Assembly (NCBI GenBank): GCA_002779075.1
Contig: PEXK01000032.1
Span: 1-10,349 of the forward strand
Source of the DNA: Candidatus Diapherotrites archaeon CG08_land_8_20_14_0_20_30_16
GTDB taxonomy: Archaea > Iainarchaeota > Iainarchaeia > Iainarchaeales > 0-14-0-20-30-16
DNA length: 10,349 nucleotides
Direction: 5' to 3'
Position numbers and translations under genes: made by a program. Below, piece by piece: positions 1-5,961 of the stretch. The stretch's first letter is position 1; each line of letters begins with the position of its first letter. The notes beneath the pieces were generated by a model, which did no database searches, was not told the origin of the DNA, and saw only the letters and a program-made list of their open reading frames with translations.

Positions 1-386
1 CTTGCATATTCCTGTGCAACATGTGTGCAATCACTTTCTGAAAACCCAGTTAGTTGACGATATTTATACAAATAATAAATAGGATCGCCTGTACTTTGGT
101 AAATCATAACTTTATCTATGCCTTGTGGCCTTCTAAATAAAGACTCTTCAACTGGAATTCCTTTATCTATTAATTTCCAAGCGATATCTAATTCTTCTTG
201 GGTTACATTTTCTCTAATTACAAATTCTTTTCCTTTTATTTTTACAAGTCTAGTTCTTCTTAACAATCCGCCAACCCTTGGTAGTTTTTCTTTATTAACA
301 GTAATTAATTCTGGTTTTGTATATTTTGGTTTTTTATTTCTTTTCAGCATCCTTGAAAGTATCTCTTTAAATCTTAATGTTGCCAT
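1..386 (-). CDS. Hypothetical protein, N-terminal part (gene continues past the left window edge)
   Basis: The minus-strand frame is open from the ATG (reverse complement of 384-386) to position 1. Hand translation gives MATLRFKEILSRMLKRNKKPKYTKPELITVNKEKLPRVGGLLRRTRLVKIKGKEFVIRENVTQEELDIAWKLIDKGIPVEESLFRRPQGIDKVMIYQSTGDPIYYLYKYRQLTGFSESDCTHVAQEYA. Its composition is balanced and K/E/R-rich, as expected for a real protein. The opposite-strand ORF 118-390 is S/F/L/N-rich, as expected for an antisense shadow. No family was recognised. Confidence 0.55.
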   Translation of the reverse strand, partial: MATLRFKEILSRMLKRNKKPKYTKPELITVNKEKLPRVGGLLRRTRLVKIKGKEFVIRENVTQEELDIAWKLIDKGIPVEESLFRRPQGIDKVMIYQSTGDPIYYLYKYRQLTGFSESDCTHVAQEYA

Positions 387-410
387 ATAAGATATTCTTA
401 AGGAAATGTT

Positions 411-424
411 TATATATATATATA
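411..424 (-). promoter_or_regulatory. (TA)7 tract, candidate TATA box for the minus-strand gene starting at 386
   Basis: A perfect TATATATATATATA run lies 25-38 nt upstream of the minus-strand ATG at 386. That spacing fits an archaeal TATA box driving a leaderless or near-leaderless mRNA. Confidence 0.35.
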
Positions 425-435
425 ACATATATCTT

Positions 436-461
436 CACACTAGGCAGTGTAAATTTATATG
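436..461 (+). promoter_or_regulatory. Palindrome-plus-TATA element, copy A (CACACTAGGCAGTGTAAATTTATATG)
   Basis: The inverted repeat ACACT(437-441)/AGTGT(446-450) flanks AGGC and abuts the TATA-like AAATTTATAT (451-460). Near-identical copies occur at 2953-2977, 3011-3029 and 7481-7511. Confidence 0.4.
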
Positions 462-512
462 CTGCTAAGGTGTGATATCAAACAGATAAGTGTATGAAAT
501 TTTAAGCATTAG

Positions 513-529
513 CAAGAATTTTATACAAA
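513..529 (+). repeat. 17-bp perfect direct repeat, copy 1 (CAAGAATTTTATACAAA)
   Basis: It is identical to 561-577. The similarity extends to about 22 bp (512-534 versus 560-582, two mismatches). It contains a TATA-like TTTATA core. Confidence 0.9.
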
Positions 530-560
530 GTGTTAGAGTGTAGAAAATTCAAGACTCTGT

Positions 561-577
561 CAAGAATTTTATACAAA
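561..577 (+). repeat. 17-bp perfect direct repeat, copy 2 (CAAGAATTTTATACAAA)
   Basis: It is identical to 513-529 and lies 48 bp downstream of it. A related sequence, ATATTTTACAAAGTGT, occurs at 7525-7540. Confidence 0.9.
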
Positions 578-669
578 ATGTCAAAAGCTCACAGCCATTT
601 TGACACAAGTCGAAGCCTTACTAACACAAGTTTGTATGCTGGAAACAAGATTAAATAAGAGGGATTTTT

Positions 670-2967
670 ATGACACACAAAGATGCGAATTTGCCGTGGG
701 TTGAAAAATATAGGCCTGATTCTTTAAATGATGTTGTAGGAAACGAACTAGTTGTAAAAAGATTAAAGAAATACACAGAGGATAAAGATCTTCCAAATAT
801 GATTTTTGCAGGGCCCGCAGGTACAGGAAAAACAACCAGTGCAATAGCAATATCTAAACAATTGTTCAAAGAAAATGCTGAGAGAAATTTTTTAGAATTA
901 AATGCGAGTGTAACACCAGATACACCAATTTTAATAAAAGAAGGCAAAGAAATACATAGAGTTAATTTTGGTTGGCTCGCAGAGAAATATTTTTTAGATT
1001 TTGTATCTAAGCGGGTTTGTATTGATGATCTAGAAGTGTTATCTTTAGATAAGTGCAACAATGTTAAATTTATGAAAGTAGGACATTTGTTTAGACATAA
1101 AGTAAACGAAATATTAAAAATAAAATATGAAGGTGGCGAAGTAAAAACAAGTTTATCTCATTCTATAATGGTTTTTGATGATTGTGGCAATATAATTACT
1201 AAAAAAGCCTCAGAAATAAAGAAAGGCGATCTTTTGATTTCTTTTAAAACAGATTTTGAAGGGCAATCAAATTATATTGATTTAGAAAAATATAAATCTG
1301 CTGAATTTTGTCAATTAAGAAGTGGTATTCAACCAAATCCTACATTCAAAAAAAATTTTGACACACTTTCAATTGATGATGATTTAAGTTGGTATTTTGG
1401 AATGTATTTAGCAGAAGGTTGTACTTCTATGTCAAACACAGGTACTAGTGGTCAGATTATTTATACTTTGGGTTATCCCAACCCAAAAGATGTACCGCAT
1501 ATAGAAAATATACAAAAAATAAGTACTTCTTTAGGATTAAACTATTCTTGTTATTTAGGAGCATCTGGTTTTGATAGAACAAAGAAAACCTCTTTGCAGA
1601 CAAGAGTTTTTAATACACAATTAGCAAAGTTTATGCAAGCTAATTTTTATGGTGGCGATATATCCCACAAAGCGAATACAAAAAGAGTACCCACCTTTAT
1701 TTTTGATACAAATTCAAAACAAAGATTATCATTTATAAAAGGATATTGGGATGGTGATGGTTCCGGAATTTGGGAAAAAGTTGCACGAATATCATCAGTA
1801 TCTCAAGAATGTCTTATAGATGTTGTTTGGTTAAGTAGACTATCTAATGTTGAATCAAGCGTTTTTCCAAAAGAAACAAGATTAATTTGGCCAAATAAAT
1901 CTTTTAGTTATACTAAAGCAGAACTTTTGCCATCAAAAATATTCAACAAATTAGCAGAAAAATACAAAGGGAAGACAAAATATTTGCTGAGACATTCACT
2001 TTATAGTAAAATGTGTGATCGTATTTCGAAGACTGCTGCAGAAAAAGTATTGGCATTATTAAAAAATAAAAAAGGATTAGAAAAGCTCAACAAATTAGTA
2101 AATTCTGATTTATATGTTCTAGCGGTAACAGAAATAAAAAAGGAAAAACATAATGATTATGTGTATGATGTTTCTGTTCCGGGTGCTGAAGTTTTTTGGG
2201 GTGGCACAGCCCCTGTTTTGCTTCATAATAGTGATGACAGGGGCATCGATGTTGTTAGAAAAACAATAAAAGATTTTGCAAGAACCCTCCCCTTAGAGGC
2301 TGAGTATAAAATTATTTTTTTGGATGAGGCGGATGCTTTAACACAAGATGCCCAGCAAGCATTAAGAAGAACAATGGAAAAATATACAAGAACATGCAGA
2401 TTTATTTTATCTTGCAATTATTCATCACGCATTATTGAACCAATACAATCAAGATGTGTTGTCTTTAGGTTTAAGCCTTTGGAAAAAGAATCTGTTATAA
2501 ACAGACTAGAAGAGGTTTCGAAAAACGAAAAACTAAAAATAGATAATAAAGCATTGAGCGCAATATTTTATGTTTCATTAGGCGACATGAGAAAAGCAAT
2601 AAATATTTTACAAGCGTGTAGTGTTTTGGATGATTCTATTGGTGAGCAAGAAGTATTCACAGTAAGTGCCAGGGCAAGGCCTGAAGAAGTAAAAAAAATG
2701 GTTTTACTCGCAAAAGATGGAAAATTTAAAGATGCAAGAGATCTTTTATACAAACTGATGTTTAATTATGGTATGTCTGGAGAAGATATTTTGAATCAAA
2801 TTTATCGCGAAGTAGTTGATTTTTCAGAGGATTATTTGAATTCGAGAGAAAAAGTAAGTTTAATTGAGATTATAAGTGAAATTAATTTTAGAGTATCTGA
2901 AGGTGCAAACGATAGGCTTCAAATAGAGGCTATGTTGGCCATGTTTAATTTACACACTAAGCAGTAA
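670..2967 (+). CDS. rfcS: Replication factor C small subunit (clamp loader AAA+ ATPase), intein-containing precursor
   Basis: The RFC boxes are readable in the translation:
- PWVEKYRP (box II);
- GPAGTGKTT (Walker A);
- LELNA...SDDRGIDVVR (box IV, split by the insert);
- IIFLDEADALT (Walker B);
- ALRRTMEKY;
- IQSRCVVFRF (SRC motif);
- GDMRKAIN.
The two exteins total 324 aa, a typical size for an RFC small subunit. An AGAGGGA ribosome-binding site at 658-664 precedes the ATG at 670. Confidence 0.95.
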   Translation: MTHKDANLPWVEKYRPDSLNDVVGNELVVKRLKKYTEDKDLPNMIFAGPAGTGKTTSAIAISKQLFKENAERNFLELNASVTPDTPILIKEGKEIHRVNFGWLAEKYFLDFVSKRVCIDDLEVLSLDKCNNVKFMKVGHLFRHKVNEILKIKYEGGEVKTSLSHSIMVFDDCGNIITKKASEIKKGDLLISFKTDFEGQSNYIDLEKYKSAEFCQLRSGIQPNPTFKKNFDTLSIDDDLSWYFGMYLAEGCTSMSNTGTSGQIIYTLGYPNPKDVPHIENIQKISTSLGLNYSCYLGASGFDRTKKTSLQTRVFNTQLAKFMQANFYGGDISHKANTKRVPTFIFDTNSKQRLSFIKGYWDGDGSGIWEKVARISSVSQECLIDVVWLSRLSNVESSVFPKETRLIWPNKSFSYTKAELLPSKIFNKLAEKYKGKTKYLLRHSLYSKMCDRISKTAAEKVLALLKNKKGLEKLNKLVNSDLYVLAVTEIKKEKHNDYVYDVSVPGAEVFWGGTAPVLLHNSDDRGIDVVRKTIKDFARTLPLEAEYKIIFLDEADALTQDAQQALRRTMEKYTRTCRFILSCNYSSRIIEPIQSRCVVFRFKPLEKESVINRLEEVSKNEKLKIDNKALSAIFYVSLGDMRKAINILQACSVLDDSIGEQEVFTVSARARPEEVKKMVLLAKDGKFKDARDLLYKLMFNYGMSGEDILNQIYREVVDFSEDYLNSREKVSLIEIISEINFRVSEGANDRLQIEAMLAMFNLHTKQ
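907..2229 (+). mobile_element. Intein (441 aa) with a LAGLIDADG homing-endonuclease domain, inserted in RFC box IV
   Basis: Removing 907-2229 restores the canonical LELNA-SDDRGIDVV.
- The N-terminal splice block is SVTPDTPILIKEG (Ser1).
- The block-B-like motif is KTSLSHSIMV (1147-1161).
- The two LAGLIDADG-type motifs are LSWYFGMYLAEG (1384-1419) and LSFIKGYWDGDG (1726-1761).
- The C-terminal blocks are YVYDVSVPGAEVFWGG and VLLHN, followed by Ser+1 at 2230.
The insert is in frame and has no stop codons. Confidence 0.9.
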
Positions 2968-2977
2968 AATTTATATG
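2953..2977 (+). promoter_or_regulatory. Palindrome-plus-TATA element, copy B (CACACTAAGCAGTAAAATTTATATG), overlapping the rfcS stop codon
   Basis: It differs from copy A by one substitution and one indel. The last four rfcS codons and the TAA stop (2953-2967) lie inside the element. Confidence 0.4.
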
Positions 2978-2996
2978 TAAATTTTATGTATCGATT

Positions 2997-3014
2997 GTGT
3001 ATTGGCTAATACAC
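2997..3014 (+). other. Perfect 7-bp stem / 4-nt loop hairpin or palindrome (GTGTATT-GGCT-AATACAC)
   Basis: All 7 pairs between 2997-3003 and 3008-3014 were checked by hand. It sits between rfcS and the pilus ATPase gene, and its 3' arm overlaps element copy C. It could be a terminator-like hairpin or an operator. Confidence 0.3.
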
Positions 3015-3029
3015 TAAACAGTAAAATTT
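3011..3029 (+). promoter_or_regulatory. Palindrome-plus-TATA element, copy C (ACACTAAACAGTAAAATTT), likely promoter of the pilus ATPase gene
   Basis: It has one mismatch to the corresponding part of copy B. The A/T box at about 3022-3029 lies roughly 30-35 nt upstream of the ATG at 3058, which fits an archaeal TATA box with a very short leader. Confidence 0.4.
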
Positions 3030-3057
3030 GTGGTTAGGTATAAATATTGGTGATTTG

Positions 3058-4734
3058 ATGGGAGAAATAATGGGAGATTTATTTAAGGATACTCAACAGA
3101 AGAAAAAGAAAGATATTAGACAAGACGATTTTAATAAAGAATTGCAGAGTATAATTGGTTCGCCAAAGAAAATTTCTTTGCCAGAAGAGGAACAGTCAAC
3201 AAAAGATGTACCAATTCAAAAAATTGATTCAAAACATTTTGAAAATCTCAAAAATATACTGAATACAACAAAAGAAATAAGTGTAGATTCTTTAGGAGAA
3301 GTTCAAAAAACAGTTGTTGCAAAATATAATCAAGTTACAATATACAAATTAGAAGGACGCCCATTATTGCATTATGAAGTGCCTGTGCCAAAAGCAAATA
3401 CGAGCGAACAAGAAATAATAAATACAATAAAGGAAGCAGCTACAAGAATAATTTCTCTAGCACCATATAAAATAAGGGACGAGAAACAAAGATGGAATGT
3501 TTATTATCAAAAAGTTATGGAAATAATTAATTCATCTCCAGAATTGAAAATTCCAGAGAGCATGTTAAGTTTTTATGCTGAAAGTGTTGTAAGAGAAATG
3601 GTGGGTTTTGGAAAAATAGATCTTTTGTTAAAAGATGATTTATTAGAAGAAATAATGATTATTGGCCCAAACCACCCAGTGTACGTTTTTCATAGGCAAT
3701 ATGAAATGATGACAACAAATATTGTTTTTTATACTGATAAAGAGATTCAAGATATTGTTGGAAGAATTGCAAGATATGCAGGAAGAAGAATAGATTATTC
3801 ACAACCATTATTGGATGCTCGTTTGCCTGATGGATCAAGAGTAAATGCTACTTTGCCCCCAGCATCTGTTCAAGGCTCTACCTTAACTATTAGAAAATTT
3901 AGAGAAGAGCCATATACTGTTGTTGATTTGATAAGTTATAAAACATTTGATTCTTATGTTGCTGGTTTTTTATGGACTTGTGTTGAAGGCTTAAGTACAA
4001 AACCAGCAAATATCGTTATTTCTGGAGGTACAGGATCAGGTAAAACAACAACTCTAAATGTTTTGTGTTCTTTGATCCCTGAATATGAAAGGATTATTTC
4101 GATCGAGGACACTTCAGAATTAAATCTCCCTTTGAAACATTGGATTAGATTAGAATCTAGGCCACCAGGAATAGAAGGCACCGGGGAAATTACTTTAGAG
4201 ATGCTTACAAAGAATGCTTTGAGAATGAGACCCGATAGAATAATAGTTGGTGAAGTAAGAGGTGCTGAAGCAGATACTCTTTTTACTGCTATGTCAACAG
4301 GACACGATGGAAGTATGGGAACATTGCATGCAAACAATTCTGATGAAACTTTAACACGAATTACAAACCCACCAATGAACGTTCCTAAGATGATGTTGGC
4401 AGGATTGGATATGATAATTGTTCAAAATAGGTTGCACGACAAAAAAAAAGGAACAATAAGACGAATTGTGGAGATTTCTGAAGTTTCTGGCGTTATTGAA
4501 GATCAAATTAAAACACAAAGGATATTTGAATGGGATCCTAAACGCGATAAAATATATGATACTTCTATACCTTCAAGAGTAGTTAAAAATATTTCAACAT
4601 ATTCTGGAAGAACAACACAAAATGTAAAAGACGAAATAGATAATAGAGCACAATTCTTTGATTTGTTGTTAGAAAAAAATATAAGAAAAAAAGACGATGT
4701 CGCAAAATATATTGCGAAATATTATGAATCTTAA
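3058..4734 (+). CDS. Type IV pilus / archaellum-family assembly ATPase (FlaI/ArlI, EpdL, TadA/CpaF, VirB11 superfamily)
   Basis: Four signature motifs are present:
- Walker A GGTGSGKTTTLN (4024-4050 region);
- Asp box ISIEDTSEL;
- Walker B RPDRIIVGEVRGAEA (4234-4263 region);
- His box TGHDGSMGTLHANN.
I moved the start from the track's TTG at 3028 to the ATG at 3058, which is preceded by GGTGA at 3049-3053. The ATG at 3070 is an alternative start. Confidence 0.9.
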   Translation: MGEIMGDLFKDTQQKKKKDIRQDDFNKELQSIIGSPKKISLPEEEQSTKDVPIQKIDSKHFENLKNILNTTKEISVDSLGEVQKTVVAKYNQVTIYKLEGRPLLHYEVPVPKANTSEQEIINTIKEAATRIISLAPYKIRDEKQRWNVYYQKVMEIINSSPELKIPESMLSFYAESVVREMVGFGKIDLLLKDDLLEEIMIIGPNHPVYVFHRQYEMMTTNIVFYTDKEIQDIVGRIARYAGRRIDYSQPLLDARLPDGSRVNATLPPASVQGSTLTIRKFREEPYTVVDLISYKTFDSYVAGFLWTCVEGLSTKPANIVISGGTGSGKTTTLNVLCSLIPEYERIISIEDTSELNLPLKHWIRLESRPPGIEGTGEITLEMLTKNALRMRPDRIIVGEVRGAEADTLFTAMSTGHDGSMGTLHANNSDETLTRITNPPMNVPKMMLAGLDMIIVQNRLHDKKKGTIRRIVEISEVSGVIEDQIKTQRIFEWDPKRDKIYDTSIPSRVVKNISTYSGRTTQNVKDEIDNRAQFFDLLLEKNIRKKDDVAKYIAKYYES

Positions 4735-4818
4735 AATTTGTGATGAATATGGCCAGTAATTATTTTTCTCAAAAAGAAAAATAACAACAGGTCCAAAAAA
4801 ATAAAAAGAGGAATTTTT

Positions 4819-5952
4819 ATGGCTTATCAACAAACCTTTGTTTCAGATACCAGCAAAAATAAAGTTGAAATACAAGAACAGATAGACATGTCTAAAGTTG
4901 ATGCCATAGTTAATAGAATAAAAGAAAAATATGAGAAGCAAGGATTGTTAGGGGATTCAGAAACATATAATTTAAAAGAATTAAGATCATTGATCTCCGA
5001 GGGAAAAAGAGCAAAGATAGAAGTGTTGAAGCCTGCTGATTTATCGTACAGTTTTAATCCTGTTGTACGAAATATTGGCACAATATATACTAAATTCAGC
5101 AAGTTTTTTGGATTTATTGCAAAAAAGATTTTAGGAAAATTGCCAGAGTCTAAAGTGTTAGCATACGAACTTTATTCTGCAGATATAAATTATAGTGTTT
5201 CACAATATTTGGCAATAGCATCAGTTTCTGTTTTTTTATTTAATTTGGTAGTAATTATTGCATTATTTTCTGTATTTTTATTGTTAGGAGTAAGTTTTTT
5301 AATACCTTTAATATTGTGCATCTTCTTTTTTATAGGGGGTGCATTTTTTGCTTTGAAATACCCCTCAATGATTGCAAAAAAGAGAGCTAAAGAAATAGAT
5401 ACTAATTTGCCTTTTGCATTAAGGCACATGGCAACTCTCTTGAGAGCTGGGGTGGACTTGTATAAAGTGGTAAGAACAGTTGCTGTATCTGATTATGGTG
5501 TTTTGTCACAAGAATTAACAAAAACAATAATGGAAGTTGAAGAAGGCCAAGACATTAAAGATGCTTTGAGAGCATTATCCCTCAGAACAAAATCATTTGC
5601 TTTGAAAAACGCAATAAATCATTTGTTAAGAGCATTAAAGAGCGGAGGAAATTTGTCAGAAATAATGACAACAATTGCAGATGATGTGTCTTATCAATTG
5701 TCTGCAGATATTGATACCTTTTCTGGGAAATTAAATTTTTTAGGAGTAATTTATATTTTTGTTGGAATTGTTGTTCCTGTAATGTTGGCAATATTATCTG
5801 GAATAAGGAATGCGCCTTTGGGATCGAGCATTTCCTTTTTTGATGCTCTTCCTTTAACTCCAACTGTAATAATAATTTCTTTTTTAGTAATATTCCCGCT
5901 GATATTATTGGGTTTGTTATTGTATATTAGAAGTATAAGGCCAAGTATATAG
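4819..5952 (+). CDS. Pilus platform membrane protein with a single T2SSF domain (TadB/EpdJ-like)
   Basis: One T2SSF-type cytoplasmic domain is visible (LPFALRHMATLLRAGVDLYKVVRTVAVSDYGVLSQELTKTIMEVEEGQDIKDALRAL ... LLRALKSGGNLSEIM). It is flanked by hydrophobic transmembrane segments. An AGAGGAA ribosome-binding site lies upstream of the ATG at 4819. Confidence 0.85.
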   Translation: MAYQQTFVSDTSKNKVEIQEQIDMSKVDAIVNRIKEKYEKQGLLGDSETYNLKELRSLISEGKRAKIEVLKPADLSYSFNPVVRNIGTIYTKFSKFFGFIAKKILGKLPESKVLAYELYSADINYSVSQYLAIASVSVFLFNLVVIIALFSVFLLLGVSFLIPLILCIFFFIGGAFFALKYPSMIAKKRAKEIDTNLPFALRHMATLLRAGVDLYKVVRTVAVSDYGVLSQELTKTIMEVEEGQDIKDALRALSLRTKSFALKNAINHLLRALKSGGNLSEIMTTIADDVSYQLSADIDTFSGKLNFLGVIYIFVGIVVPVMLAILSGIRNAPLGSSISFFDALPLTPTVIIISFLVIFPLILLGLLLYIRSIRPSI

Positions 5953-5961
5953 TGATATTTT

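Noticed and set aside
118-390. Plus-strand 90-aa ORF from the track
   Set aside because: Its S/F/L/N-rich, low-complexity composition is typical of the antisense shadow of a K/E-rich gene in AT-rich DNA. The minus-strand frame over the same region is open to the window edge and looks like a real protein.
513-577. Direct repeats as a possible CRISPR array
   Set aside because: There are only two copies, each 17 bp, with a 31-bp gap between them. No further repeats and no cas genes are present, so this is not a CRISPR array.
387-669. tRNA or other structured RNA gene in the long intergenic region
   Set aside because: I found no cloverleaf-compatible GC-rich stems or conserved tRNA boxes by eye, only short AT-rich hairpins. 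The region is kept only as a low-confidence leader or sRNA hypothesis.
651-2753. Minus-strand ORFs antisense to rfcS (651-1061, 668-850, 2223-2417, 2568-2753)
   Set aside because: All four lie fully inside the strongly supported rfcS/intein reading frame. They have shadow-ORF composition and no recognisable motifs.
670-2967. Possibility that the 765-aa RFC ORF is a gene fusion or a disrupted pseudogene
   Set aside because: The extra 441 aa are in frame, have complete intein splice blocks and LAGLIDADG motifs, and removing them restores RFC box IV exactly. This is an intein, not a disruption.
3028-3057. TTG start at 3028 for the ATPase (track N-terminus MWLGINIGDL)
   Set aside because: This start would lie inside the promoter-like element copy C. 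The ATG at 3058 is preceded by GGTGA and is the more plausible start, with the ATG at 3070 as an alternative.
4441-4449. A9 homopolymer inside the ATPase gene as a possible frameshift or slippage site
   Set aside because: The reading frame is intact across it (HDKKKGTIRR) and the downstream sequence stays protein-like. There is no evidence of a frameshift.
4743-4784. 13-codon mini-ORF (MNMASNYFSQKEK) between the ATPase and platform genes
   Set aside because: It is too short, has no ribosome-binding site and shows no recognisable feature. It is most likely a chance ORF in the spacer.
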